A stretch of DNA of 64,000 nt. Origin: Acholeplasmataceae bacterium. Lineage in GTDB: Bacteria; Bacillota_I; Bacilli_A; Acholeplasmatales; Acholeplasmataceae. The notes below the pieces were generated by a model. The model saw only the letters and a program-made list of their open reading frames with translations. It made no database searches and was not told where the DNA came from. Below are positions 38,256 to 48,291 of this stretch, piece by piece; positions within the stretch are counted from its first letter, which is position 1, and every line of letters starts with the position of its first letter. The stretch spans positions 768,001 to 832,000 of the forward strand of contig OY763415.1 in assembly GCA_963667565.1 (NCBI GenBank), in the 5' to 3' direction. The position numbers were made by a program, and so were the translations under genes.

Positions 38256-39920
38256 TTAATTCTTTTTCAATTGATTATAATGTATTTTAGCTTCTTCAAT
38301 GGTTTTGTAAAAATGATTTTTACCAATCGCATCTACCAGACCTGCTTTTTGAAGTACTTCTAGTGGTTGCTTATTAATACCTGTAATATAGACTTCTATA
38401 TGATGTTTATAACATGTGTGTAAAAGTCTTCTAAAACCATGAAGTGCAGTTCCATCCATAAATGGTACATGTTTTAAACCTAAAATAATCAGTTCATTCT
38501 TTTCTCCAATTTGATTAATAGAATCGATGAATTTATCTGCTGCACCAAAGAAAAATGGACCATTAATTTCATAAATTAAAACGTGTTGATCAGCTTGAAA
38601 TTTTTGATTAGCTTTAGAAAAATCAAAAGATACATCATCGTCTTCACTTGCATCCAAACTTTTCATTTGAACTTCTGTAAAGTTTGACATACGTTTCATA
38701 AATAAGAATAATGCTAAGACCATACCTATTTCTATAGCAGTAACTAAATCAACTAAAACCGTAATCAAAAATGTCACCAATAAAACAAAAATATCGCTTT
38801 TGGGTGATTTAAAAAATAATTTAAACTCTTTGATATCACTCATGTTATATGCAACCACAATTAAAATACCAGCAAGTGATGACAGCGGTATGAGTGCTGC
38901 ATATGGCATAAATAATACTAATATAATTAGCAATACGATTGAATGTACGATACCAGCAAGTGGTGTTCTACCACCATTTTTTACATTTGTTACAGTTCTT
39001 GCAATAGCACCTGTTGCTGGAATACCTCCAAAGCATACACTAGCAATATTTGCAGTGCCTTGTGCAATCAGTTCCATATTGCTTCTATGTTTAGAACCAA
39101 TCATCCCATCAGATACGACTGCACTTAATAACGACTCAATACCACCTAGCAATGCAATTACAATCGCAGGAGCCATATAAGTGCTTATATCTGATATTGT
39201 TACATTTGGAATGGATAGTTTTGGTAATTGATTCGATAATTCACCAAATGTAGAACCAATCGTTGCAACATCTAAATTTAATAGTAGGGTAGCTAGGCTT
39301 GTCATAATAATCGCGACTAAAGCTCCTGGAATTTTTGATGTAAGTTTTGGCATAAATTTGATAACAGCAATCGTAAAAATTCCAATGATGACACTATACC
39401 AATTAATTAAATTTGGATTTGTAAAATAAGTAACCCATTTACCTATAAAATCAGCAGGTACAGATGTAAGTTCTAATCCTAGAAAATCTTTAATTTGTGA
39501 TGTAAAGATCGTAACGGCAATCCCAGTTGTAAATCCCATTGTTATTGGATATGGAATATATTTGATCACACTACCCAATCTTAATAATCCTAAAATGATT
39601 AAGATGATACCAGCCATGATTGTTGATATCACTAATCCTTGATATCCATATTCTAGTACGATACCAAATACGATAACCATAAATGCACCAGTAGGTCCAC
39701 CAATCTGAACTCTACTACCACCTAAAAAAGAAATAATAAATCCAGCAATGATGGCTGTATAAAGACCTTGTTCAGGACTTACTCCTGATGCAATTGCAAG
39801 TGCAATTGATAGTGGTAATGCAACAATAGCAACGATGACACCACTCATTAAATCTTTTAAAAATTGTTGCTTAGTATAGCCTTTCATTACTGAAAATAAT
39901 TTTGGTTTTAACTTATCCAA
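38256..39920 (-). CDS. SulP/SLC26 anion transporter with a STAS domain
   Basis: ALPLSIALAIASG, GPTGA and GPFFFG (STAS); probable TTG start after AGGGGTG. Confidence 0.93.
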   Translation of the reverse strand: MDKLKPKLFSVMKGYTKQQFLKDLMSGVIVAIVALPLSIALAIASGVSPEQGLYTAIIAGFIISFLGGSRVQIGGPTGAFMVIVFGIVLEYGYQGLVISTIMAGIILIILGLLRLGSVIKYIPYPITMGFTTGIAVTIFTSQIKDFLGLELTSVPADFIGKWVTYFTNPNLINWYSVIIGIFTIAVIKFMPKLTSKIPGALVAIIMTSLATLLLNLDVATIGSTFGELSNQLPKLSIPNVTISDISTYMAPAIVIALLGGIESLLSAVVSDGMIGSKHRSNMELIAQGTANIASVCFGGIPATGAIARTVTNVKNGGRTPLAGIVHSIVLLIILVLFMPYAALIPLSSLAGILIVVAYNMSDIKEFKLFFKSPKSDIFVLLVTFLITVLVDLVTAIEIGMVLALFLFMKRMSNFTEVQMKSLDASEDDDVSFDFSKANQKFQADQHVLIYEINGPFFFGAADKFIDSINQIGEKNELIILGLKHVPFMDGTALHGFRRLLHTCYKHHIEVYITGINKQPLEVLQKAGLVDAIGKNHFYKTIEEAKIHYNQLKKN

Positions 39921-40042
39921 TATAACACCCCTTGATTGTTCAAACAAAGATATTTTACGCTTATTAGAAAGAAAACACAATACATTTTTTGATTAAAGCA
40001 TAAAAAAATATCAAGTGTTAATACTTGATATTTTTCAATGAA

Positions 40043-40900
40043 TTATTTACCATTATATACTGGAAATAATTTAAGTAATCCATATTTCAATCTATTAATT
40101 TTATTTAATTTTTCCATGTCACTCTTCGAAATGATAAAATCTACTTTTGCATTGTCTTTCATATGCTCAATATTGGATGATTTAGGAAGTGCAATTGTAT
40201 TCAATTCTAGAACATATCTAATACATAACTGTGCTGGTGTGACTTTGTATTTTTCTGCTATTGCAATAATTTGTTTGTGTTTTAAAGCTTTACCGTGAGC
40301 AATAGGTGAATATGCTTCAACCAAAATATCATTTTTTTGACAATAATCAACTAAATGTTTGTCATAACGTCCAATATGAAGCAGTATTTGATTAATCATT
40401 GGTTTGATAGTGCAATGATCAATGATATTTTGAATATCATCTTCAAGAAAATTCGATACGCCAATTGCTTTAATTTTACCTAATTTATATGCATCTTCCA
40501 AAGCGCGCCAAACTTCAATATTTTCATCAAAAAATCTCTCTTTTTTTCTAAATTTAAGCCATGGTTGAGGTGCATGAATGATCATAAGATCAATGTAGTC
40601 AATATTCAATCGATCAAGACTTTTATTAATTGAATCCATGGCAGATTCATATGTTTTATAACCGGCATGGACTTTACTTGTTACAAAGAGTTCATTTCTT
40701 TTAATTCCACTTTCTCGAATACCTAACCCAACACCTTCTTCATTCATGTATGCTTGTGCAGTATCAATATGACGATACCCGAGTTCAATTGCATTTTTTA
40801 CGACACCTGCAACAATTTTATTATTAATAAGCCATGTACCTAAACCCAATTTAGGAATTTTAACACCATTATTTAAAATATAAAACTCATCTAGTATCAT
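40043..40900 (-). CDS. Aldo/keto reductase
   Basis: GLGTW, GYRHIDTA..Y, IGVSNF and LPKS motifs. Confidence 0.95.
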   Translation of the reverse strand: MILDEFYILNNGVKIPKLGLGTWLINNKIVAGVVKNAIELGYRHIDTAQAYMNEEGVGLGIRESGIKRNELFVTSKVHAGYKTYESAMDSINKSLDRLNIDYIDLMIIHAPQPWLKFRKKERFFDENIEVWRALEDAYKLGKIKAIGVSNFLEDDIQNIIDHCTIKPMINQILLHIGRYDKHLVDYCQKNDILVEAYSPIAHGKALKHKQIIAIAEKYKVTPAQLCIRYVLELNTIALPKSSNIEHMKDNAKVDFIISKSDMEKLNKINRLKYGLLKLFPVYNGK

Positions 40901-41129
40901 AGTTTTTCCTCATTTCTTAGATTTTAAAACTCATATAATCTATATATATATGTTATGTCTTAAGTTAGATTTAGTCAATAATAAATAAAATAATAACCTC
41001 ACGTACTAAATGACATAAGGTTATTAATCATTAAAAAGTTTATAAGCATCCAATCTTTCTTTGATTGTTTAATTAACAATTGCTTCAGCAACACCATCAT
41101 CAAATGCTAATGCTTAGACATGAGGTTTT

Positions 41130-41504
41130 TTATTTATTGTATATTTTATCAATCATTTTTATCAATTCTTCTTTACTGATGTCATAAGCATCACATAATT
41201 GTAAAGCTTCTTTAAGAGCATCTTTAATAATTTCACTTTTTTTAATATTTAAATCATTAGATGAGTTTTCTTTAACATATGAACCTTTACCTTTTATGGT
41301 ATATATAAAGTTATTAAATTCAAGTAATTCCCATGTTTTTTTAACGGTAATAATACTAACTCTTAATTCCTTAGCAAATACTCTAATCGAAGGTAACACT
41401 TCATCTGCACCTAAATCTCCGTTAATGATTTGTGATGATATTTGATCATATAATTGTTGATAGATAGGAACTTGTGAGTTATTTCTAACAACAATATTTC
41501 TCAT
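41130..41504 (-). CDS. GntR family (YtrA subfamily) regulator
   Basis: PIYQQ, LPSIR..A.EL.VS.IT and GKG motifs. Confidence 0.92.
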   Translation of the reverse strand: MRNIVVRNNSQVPIYQQLYDQISSQIINGDLGADEVLPSIRVFAKELRVSIITVKKTWELLEFNNFIYTIKGKGSYVKENSSNDLNIKKSEIIKDALKEALQLCDAYDISKEELIKMIDKIYNK

Positions 41505-42139
41505 TTTTTAGCCTCGATAAAATTTTTTTGTGAACGTTTAATTGCTACATATGTTAATATCACAAAGATAATTATACCAGAAGCAAGTACGATGAGTTGG
41601 TTAATAACACTTCCTTCAAGGAAACGACTTACTGTTGTATTGACTAATGTAAGATATTCAACAAAAAATGCATAAATAAGGGTTACTACAGCTGCAAAAA
41701 TAGCAGGTTTACCAAAGAAATAAGCAGTTCTATAATAATAAGGAAGAAATGTGATATTAAAAATACCATACATTAAAATTGCAAGCCCGAAGAGTGAAAA
41801 ATTAATATCTAATGCAAAATTATACGTACCATATAAATAATTATGTAGTAACCCAAATAAAATTGCAAAGAACACATGAACTGCTTCTAAAATAACAATG
41901 GCCATCACTCTTGATGAGACAAATGCTTTTTTTGATACTGGAAGTATCGATACAAAATTTTGATCTTCTTCTTGGTTATATGTTGCGTGCATATTTGGAA
42001 CGGTAATCCAAAAGAAATACATAAATACAAGCATGAAAAACCAATTTGGAATGAGCATCAATGCAGCTAATAATATAGGCAACATGAAGAAAAACTTATT
42101 AATGGATATAGATAATTCTTTATAGAGTAAATGTTTCAT
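41501..42139 (-). CDS. ABC-2 type permease
   Basis: About 6 TM helices; LPVSK motif; in an operon with the ATPase. Confidence 0.8.
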   Translation of the reverse strand: MKHLLYKELSISINKFFFMLPILLAALMLIPNWFFMLVFMYFFWITVPNMHATYNQEEDQNFVSILPVSKKAFVSSRVMAIVILEAVHVFFAILFGLLHNYLYGTYNFALDINFSLFGLAILMYGIFNITFLPYYYRTAYFFGKPAIFAAVVTLIYAFFVEYLTLVNTTVSRFLEGSVINQLIVLASGIIIFVILTYVAIKRSQKNFIEAKK

Positions 42140-42984
42140 TTATTTTGCCCCTTTTCTGCATAATAGATCATGATATCATCTAAGCTAGGTTGTCCGTATC
42201 TTAGATTTTGATCTTCTTTAACATGCTTTGTTTCTATTAAACCTGTAAAACCTAGTGAATTTTCTTTAGATGCAACTAATTTGTCTGAAATTTTTTCTTT
42301 ATCTTTTTTTGATCCTGCGACAAGTTTATATTTATCAATTAAATCATCTTTTGTACTGCTTTCAACTATATGACCATTTTGAATAAATGTAATATAATCT
42401 GCACATTTCTCTAAATCGCTTGTAATGTGTGTAGAAAATAAAATGGTCACCTCTTCATCCTCTACAAGACTTTGGAACAATTCTAATAAGTTGTCTCTTG
42501 CTACTGGATCTAATCCACTTGTGGGTTCATCTAAAATAATTAATTCTGCGTGATGACTTAAAGCAAGTGCTATCGCATATTTAATTTTCATACCTTTTGA
42601 CAAATCATCTACTTTTTTATCTTCAATCAAATGAAATTCTTTAATGAGTTTTTGATAGATGTTATCATCCCAAGAATCATAAAATCTTTTATAAACATTG
42701 GTGATTTGTTTTAACTTTCTTTTTGGGTAAAATGGATCTCCTGATACAAAACCTATACGTTTTTTGATTTCGATCTCATGTTCATCTACATTAAGACCTA
42801 AAATAGCAACATCCCCTTTATCTTTTTTGATAATATTAAGCATTGATTTAATGGTTGTTGTTTTTCCAGCTCCATTTTCACCAATAAATCCCATGATGTA
42901 TCCTTTCGGGACATTTAAATTAATTTGATCAAGTAAGAAATGATCATATGTTTTCGTGACGCCTTTTAATTCAATTGCGTTCAT
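42136..42984 (-). CDS. ABC transporter ATP-binding protein
   Basis: GENGAGKTT, LSKGM and LDEPTSGLD motifs; start MNAIEL after GGAGG. Confidence 0.95.
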   Translation of the reverse strand: MNAIELKGVTKTYDHFLLDQINLNVPKGYIMGFIGENGAGKTTTIKSMLNIIKKDKGDVAILGLNVDEHEIEIKKRIGFVSGDPFYPKRKLKQITNVYKRFYDSWDDNIYQKLIKEFHLIEDKKVDDLSKGMKIKYAIALALSHHAELIILDEPTSGLDPVARDNLLELFQSLVEDEEVTILFSTHITSDLEKCADYITFIQNGHIVESSTKDDLIDKYKLVAGSKKDKEKISDKLVASKENSLGFTGLIETKHVKEDQNLRYGQPSLDDIMIYYAEKGQNK

Positions 42985-42998
42985 GTTTACACCTCCAC

Positions 42999-43030
42999 TG
43001 TGTTTATCATACATACACAGTATATACACA
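42999..43030. promoter_or_regulatory. Candidate YtrA-type GntR operator
   Basis: Long imperfect palindrome TGTGTTTAT...ATATACACA just upstream of the RBS. Confidence 0.55.
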
Positions 43031-43097
43031 CCTTAATCATAAGTCAAGAAAAAAGAATTATTTTTTTTTAAAGAAAAGAAAAAGACCTAAAAGGTCT

Positions 43098-43469
43098 TTA
43101 ATCTTCATCATTTTCTGCAGTTTGTGTGTTTGCTTGTTTTTTAATAAGGTCCCTAAAGATATCTTTAATACGTTCTGAACCTAAGAATGGTATGCATTTA
43201 GAAGCATCAAAGTCCTCCAACTCACCTTGTTCTGCTGCATAATAAATTTTTTCTACTTTATCTTTACTGATAAATGGAATTGCTCTTTCAAGTGCTTTTG
43301 TTTCTTTCTTTTCTATGAGTAAATCTACTATTTCATTAAGTGATTCTTTTCCTAAAAATGGAAACAAAGTTTCAAGTTTAACACCTTGTATTTCGCCATT
43401 AATAATTTCATAAGCGATTTTTTTTAATTCTTCTCTGTCCATAAATGGTAATAAATGCGTGTATTTCAT
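43098..43469 (-). CDS. Hypothetical helical-repeat protein ([LI]PF[LMI] repeats)
   Basis: LLPFM, LFPFL, AIPFI and CIPFL recur about every 27-30 aa. Confidence 0.75.
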   Translation of the reverse strand: MKYTHLLPFMDREELKKIAYEIINGEIQGVKLETLFPFLGKESLNEIVDLLIEKKETKALERAIPFISKDKVEKIYYAAEQGELEDFDASKCIPFLGSERIKDIFRDLIKKQANTQTAENDED

Positions 43470-43473
43470 ACGA

Positions 43474-44061
43474 TCATTTTTCTCCTTTTTTATTAATTTT
43501 GGTTTTGTAAGTTGTAATACCTAAGTCATCAATTTGTTTCGAAACCATCATCCTTTCTTCATCGCTTAATAAGTGATAAAGTTTCTCTACATGAACTTGT
43601 TGTTGCTTAGATAGTAAGTTTGCAAGTAATTCTTTTCTTTCTGCCATATTTAAATATGGCCATAATGCATGGATATCAATCTCTAATTGGCCACTTATCA
43701 ATTGATCAATCATGCTTTTTCTTTCTTTAGGTGCTAAGAGGTAAAAGATATGTTTGATGTCATTGTTTTTATCATTTGAGTTTAAAAAACGATAAATCAC
43801 TGATTCTCTAGGATACTGCATAAACATTGTCTTATAGTCATGTTCATTCAAATCAGTTTGTTCAAGCATATAATCAATGGATACATGAAACAATCTTGTC
43901 ATGTCAATCATTGTTTCCATACTGGGTAAGCTTTTCCCCATTTCCCATTTGCTAACAGCTTGACGAGTCACGAACAGCTTCTCTGCAAGTTCATTTTGTG
44001 TCAAATGGATTTTTTCTCTCTGTTCCATGATTTTCTTACCAACTGCTTCTAAATTTATCAT
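43474..44061 (-). CDS. XRE HTH regulator with C-terminal helical repeats
   Basis: LTQNELAEKL.VTRQAVSKWE.G...P HTH; IFYLL, LWPYL and LYHLL repeats; start after GGAGG. Confidence 0.88.
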   Translation of the reverse strand: MINLEAVGKKIMEQREKIHLTQNELAEKLFVTRQAVSKWEMGKSLPSMETMIDMTRLFHVSIDYMLEQTDLNEHDYKTMFMQYPRESVIYRFLNSNDKNNDIKHIFYLLAPKERKSMIDQLISGQLEIDIHALWPYLNMAERKELLANLLSKQQQVHVEKLYHLLSDEERMMVSKQIDDLGITTYKTKINKKGEK

Positions 44062-44200
44062 ATTTAACCTCCTCACATGTTTAGTATAAGTCTAATTATA
44101 GGTTTATTCAAGCAACTGTTGGTTGCAAATAAAAAGAGTAGTCAATGGCTACTCGTATCAAAAGTTTATTTAAATACTTGCATCTTAGTTTTTGTATGTT

Positions 44201-45151
44201 TTAATCTTTATACTTTCTTAAAGGTACATATTTAGATACTTTATTGATGTAATCCTCATACTTTGGATATTTTTTAAGTGAAATACCTTCAGAAAACTTT
44301 GAACTGCCTATGAATAATAAAATCAAAAACATAGAACCAAATAATGTCCAGTTAAATATAACATAAGTTGAAACACCTGCGCTGATCACAAAAAGATATA
44401 AAACAACCCAAATTGATTGTTCAGAAAAATAATTTGGATGTCTTGATACACCCCATAATCCTTGGGTATTAAATCCCTTATTATAAGGATGTGGTAAGTC
44501 TTCTAATTTGGCACCATGTTTCATGAGTTCATATTTCTTTGTTTGAAATGTCATTTGTTGTTGATCAGCAATGGTTTCTAATATGATAAAACCTAATAAA
44601 AGAGTAGCAACTATAACATCAAATATATTAAATGCGACTGTCGATTCCATCGCTGCAAGTAGAGGTAATGTTATTGCGAGTACTAATGCATTTTGATAAA
44701 TCGAGATAAAAAATAGATCAAATAATGCCCATTTCCATCTCTTATTTAATTTAGGATCTTCTCTTAATACAATCCATCTGTAGTCTTCTTCACCAGACCA
44801 AAACTTTATTGAATATGCACCTTTTTTTGCAAAATTAAGTGTCAATCTAACACCCCATAAAGTAATTAAAACAGCCATCACGATTAAACGTGGATTCATG
44901 CCACTCTTCGCAACGACTATCCATGCGTATACGATGGGTAATATAGACCACAATTTGTCCATTTGAGAATTGTTTCTAGTCAATTCTCCAGCAATAAAAC
45001 AATATGCAACACTTATACTTGTAACAAGAATAAGTATCTTTAATGTTTCTAATTGAAGTTCGCTAAGATTAAAACCACCTAAAATAAAGCCTAATACAGA
45101 TAAAGTAAGCGTTGTAATGACAATAATCATTGTTCCTAAGTTTTTTTTCAT
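44201..45151 (-). CDS. DUF1295 (steroid 5-alpha-reductase-like) membrane protein
   Basis: D.LWS, WG.RL, EDYRW, E.IAD.Q and GLW..SRHPNYF.E motifs. Confidence 0.88.
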   Translation of the reverse strand: MKKNLGTMIIVITTLTLSVLGFILGGFNLSELQLETLKILILVTSISVAYCFIAGELTRNNSQMDKLWSILPIVYAWIVVAKSGMNPRLIVMAVLITLWGVRLTLNFAKKGAYSIKFWSGEEDYRWIVLREDPKLNKRWKWALFDLFFISIYQNALVLAITLPLLAAMESTVAFNIFDVIVATLLLGFIILETIADQQQMTFQTKKYELMKHGAKLEDLPHPYNKGFNTQGLWGVSRHPNYFSEQSIWVVLYLFVISAGVSTYVIFNWTLFGSMFLILLFIGSSKFSEGISLKKYPKYEDYINKVSKYVPLRKYKD

Positions 45152-45516
45152 ATAATTGTCCTTTATTCAAGTTTTTTATCTAGATGATAACTTTTTTGTT
45201 ATTAATCTAGATTTTGATCTTTCCATATCATTTTATCATATAATTTATTTTGAATCTATTTGTTCTTATTTCAAATGTTTCATATTCAAAAATATAATCT
45301 CTACATTTCTAGATAATTTTGTTATTTCACTTATAAGTTAAATTTCTCAAATAAGTAAATGCTACATAAAAAAACAAATAGGCTTTACGTGTAATTACAT
45401 CAAACCAAACGTTTATAAATGCCATGCCATTGTGTTGTTGTGCTCTAAGTTAAAAAAGAGTAAGACATATATATCTTAGTCTAATGACAATCCACTTTTA
45501 AATCTAAATTCTATCT

Positions 45517-45903
45517 CTATGTTCCATCACTATATTTTTTTAAAAACAATTTATATATGATCATCAAATGAGTAATCACTATGAATGGAAATGAAATAAT
45601 GAAAAGAATTATTGGTAATATTGAGAAATCACCAATATTTGAGGGTTCATTTGCATGAATACCTAAATAAAGATAACTACTAAACAATAATGTTGAAATT
45701 AAAGATAGCAATAACAATAATTTGCTGTTTTTTTTATAATCTCTAAAGTAAAGGATATCAATTATGAAAGTAAAGATCGATATCAACAAAATAGTGACAT
45801 ATGAGACAAATTTAATTTGAAAAATTATATATACAAATATTACTACTAAACATAAAATGAACATAACAATATTTTTAAATTGATTTAATTTCTTATTATT
45901 CAT
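45517..45903 (-). CDS. Hypothetical 4-TM membrane protein
   Basis: Hydrophobic ORF with a GAGG RBS. Confidence 0.6.
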   Translation of the reverse strand: MNNKKLNQFKNIVMFILCLVVIFVYIIFQIKFVSYVTILLISIFTFIIDILYFRDYKKNSKLLLLLSLISTLLFSSYLYLGIHANEPSNIGDFSILPIILFIISFPFIVITHLMIIYKLFLKKYSDGT

Positions 45904-46025
45904 TATGATTATATCCTCTCAATCTATGGGAAAATCTTCATTTAATCATGAGGATTTTTAATGTCTATCATTTTACAGTTAAATAGATTATCACTTACTT
46001 ATATGCCTTAATCAACTTAATATGA

Positions 46026-47027
46026 TCAATTATCAATTTTTACAATAATTCTTCCTTTTGATTTTCCAACCAACATTTGATCTATTTTGTGAGTTAATGA
46101 CATCAAACTGACTTCTTCTACATGATTAATTACATATTCTGATTTCCATATGCCAGATAACTTTTCCCAAACTTCTTTTCTTAAGTTCATAGGACATTGT
46201 ACTGAATCAATGCCAAGCAATGATATTCCTCTAATAATAAATGGATATACTGTTGTTGACAATTCATGTGAAGCTACATTACCACAACAAGTAACACACC
46301 CACCATATTGTGTTGATTTGATTGCAGTTTCTAACATGTGACCTCCAACTGTGTCAATAACACCAGCCCATCTTCCCTTTAAAAGTATCTTTTTTGATTG
46401 ATCATTTAATTCATCTCTTAGCACGATATCTTTAGCACCTAAATGCATTAACATATCTTTAGCTTCAGGTTTACCTGTTGCTGCAATAACATCATAACCA
46501 AGTTTACTAAGTATAGAAACTGCAACACTACCAACGCCACCTGTAGCACCAGTGACAAGAATATCACCATCACTAGGTTTAATATCTGATGCAATTAATT
46601 TATATATAGAGAGTGCTGCTGTAAAACCTGCAGTACCATATATCATACTTTCTCTAAGTGATAAATTTTTAGGCAGTTTTACAATCCACGCTGCTGGCAC
46701 ACTAATATACTCACTAAATCCACCTGATGTATTCATTCCTAAATCATATCCTGTAACAATAACTTCATCACCTGTTTTAAAATTGTCAAGACTACTTTCG
46801 ATAATGATACCTGCAGCATCTATTCCAGGTGTATGAGGATAAACTCTAGTTACACCTTTATTGCCTGTAGCTGATAATGCGTCTTTATAATTCAATGATG
46901 AATATTTTACTCTGATTAAAACTTCATTTTTTGGAAGTTCATCTAGAGATCTAGTGACAATTTCTCTAGAAAAATTTCCCTTGTCATCTTCATTAACTAA
47001 CATACATTTATATTGATTTACCATCAT
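46026..47027 (-). CDS. YhdH/AcuI family NADPH oxidoreductase (acryloyl-CoA reductase-like)
   Basis: SSLNYKDAL, GTAGFTA, TGATGGVGS and PFIIRG..L.GIDSV motifs. Confidence 0.9.
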   Translation of the reverse strand: MMVNQYKCMLVNEDDKGNFSREIVTRSLDELPKNEVLIRVKYSSLNYKDALSATGNKGVTRVYPHTPGIDAAGIIIESSLDNFKTGDEVIVTGYDLGMNTSGGFSEYISVPAAWIVKLPKNLSLRESMIYGTAGFTAALSIYKLIASDIKPSDGDILVTGATGGVGSVAVSILSKLGYDVIAATGKPEAKDMLMHLGAKDIVLRDELNDQSKKILLKGRWAGVIDTVGGHMLETAIKSTQYGGCVTCCGNVASHELSTTVYPFIIRGISLLGIDSVQCPMNLRKEVWEKLSGIWKSEYVINHVEEVSLMSLTHKIDQMLVGKSKGRIIVKIDN

Positions 47028-47048
47028 TAATTCATCCTATCATGTTTT

Positions 47049-47261
47049 TTAATTTGCTTTTACTAAATCATTATACTCAATTAAAAAGCCTAAATCATTT
47101 ATCAATCCTAAATATTTATCAGTATGATTATAATTTTTGCCATCTTCAAGACAATCACAATGAAAGATTTAAATGTTTGAAGGCATTTGTAGCTGTTTTG
47201 ATTTCCAATATGGAATAGATAATGTACCACAAGGATTTTTAAGATAATTAGCTAAGTTCAT
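47049..47261 (-). pseudogene. Truncated gene remnant, possibly a GNAT N-terminus
   Basis: ATG overlaps the RelE stop (TAATG); MNLANYLKNPCGTLSIPYWK...NI is followed by an in-frame stop and a short continuation. Confidence 0.4.
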
Positions 47262-47524
47262 TATTTATAAATATCCTTTCTATGACCAAAGTCAATTAGC
47301 AAAATAACCAACCTATCATCTACTATGTTTGCTAAGATTCTATAGTTTCCTACACGATATCTCCAAATCCCTTTTTTGTCATGAGACAACCCTTTACCAT
47401 GAATTCTAGGATTGTCAGTACCCTCTAGATGTTTTTCAATCCATGCTAGAAGCATCCTGGCAATTGATTTATCTAATTGTTTTAGATTTTTTAATGCTTT
47501 TTGACTAATCTCTACTTTATACAT
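47261..47524 (-). CDS. relE: Type II TA toxin, RelE/StbE family
   Basis: A.K.LKQLD, NPR.HGK.L, WRYRVG.YR and GHRKDIY motifs. Confidence 0.93.
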   Translation of the reverse strand: MYKVEISQKALKNLKQLDKSIARMLLAWIEKHLEGTDNPRIHGKGLSHDKKGIWRYRVGNYRILANIVDDRLVILLIDFGHRKDIYK

Positions 47525-47526
47525 TA

Positions 47527-47745
47527 TTAAAAATCCAGAATTTTCTTAGCTTCTTCAAGTGTGTAAGTTTTGGGATTTGCTTCATACTCTTTATATGCTT
47601 CTTCGTATAAAAAGATATCAAATTCATCTTCGATTTTAGATAGAATTGCTTGTCTCATCACTTCTGAAACAGTTGTTCCGTTTAATTCAGCATACTTTCT
47701 AATTAGTTCTGATTCTTTGTCGCTTAATCTTATTGAAATGCTCAT
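47527..47745 (-). CDS. Type II TA antitoxin, RHH (DUF6290/RelB-like)
   Basis: ISIRLS..E..LI..YA...G.TVSE..R.AI..KIEDE.D; lies directly upstream of the toxin. Confidence 0.88.
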   Translation of the reverse strand: MSISIRLSDKESELIRKYAELNGTTVSEVMRQAILSKIEDEFDIFLYEEAYKEYEANPKTYTLEEAKKILDF

Positions 47746-47758
47746 AATATCACCTCAC

Positions 47759-47808
47759 GTATTACATTGTATCACGTCTTAAAGATTTTTGCAATACGTT
47801 GTATTACA
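47759..47808. promoter_or_regulatory. Candidate TA autoregulatory operators
   Basis: Imperfect palindromes GTATTACATTGTATCAC and TGCAATAC-GTT-GTATTACA upstream of the antitoxin. Confidence 0.5.
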
Positions 47809-47857
47809 AATAAAAGACTTGAGATAAATATCTCAAATCCGGTTTCTTCCAGGTGTC

Positions 47858-47951
47858 TTGTCATTACGGAGTTTTATTCTAAAATCGTTCGCGTTCGACG
47901 GAGTTTTACTCTATTTCCAACGGAGTTTTGCTTTTTTTCAGATGGAGTTGC
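47858..47951 (+). repeat. Phased direct repeats of ACGGAGTTTT
   Basis: Copies start at 47866, 47898, 47920 and 47942 (degenerate); spacings 32, 22 and 22 bp. Confidence 0.8.
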
Positions 47952-47993
47952 TTTTTTTAAGATACTTATGTTGAAGATATTGATGAATAAAGC

Positions 47994-48028
47994 AAAAAGT
48001 AGCACATATTTTTTTTAATGTGCTACTT
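47994..48028 (-). terminator. Terminator after precursor/immunity cassette B
   Basis: AAGTAGCACAT...ATGTGCTACTT followed by a U-run. Confidence 0.75.
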
Positions 48029-48053
48029 CAAAACATTAATACTTTATAAAAAA

Positions 48054-48281
48054 TTATTCTTCAGAATCATGTGAATTACTTTTTTTGTATTGCAAATATG
48101 AAACAACTGCAACTATAGATCCGCCAATTATGGCAATTAGTATTGATTTAAATATAAGATCACTTGAAAAAAAACCACCAGAATCGCTGACATCAGCTGG
48201 AAATAAAATTCCAATAATAATTGAAAATATGGCAACAAAAACAAGTGCTTTCTTATTAGCTTTAAATGCTCTTTTACTCAT
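48054..48281 (-). CDS. Putative immunity protein B (2 TM, 75 aa)
   Basis: Small hydrophobic ORF with a GGAG RBS directly after precursor B. Confidence 0.6.
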   Translation of the reverse strand: MSKRAFKANKKALVFVAIFSIIIGILFPADVSDSGGFFSSDLIFKSILIAIIGGSIVAVVSYLQYKKSNSHDSEE

Positions 48282-48291
48282 GATACCTCTC

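Noticed and set aside
45156..45480. Possible gene fragments or ncRNA in the AT-rich spacer
   Set aside because: Only faint, frameshifted coding-like similarity and no recognisable RNA motif.
47831..47856. TCAAATCCGGTTTCTTCCAGG as an att duplicate of the tRNA-Ser 3' end
   Set aside because: Weak match and wrong orientation; I found no convincing same-strand duplicate of the tRNA end.
47767..48018. 83-aa plus-strand ORF
   Set aside because: Spans the operators, repeat array and a terminator; TTG start without an RBS.
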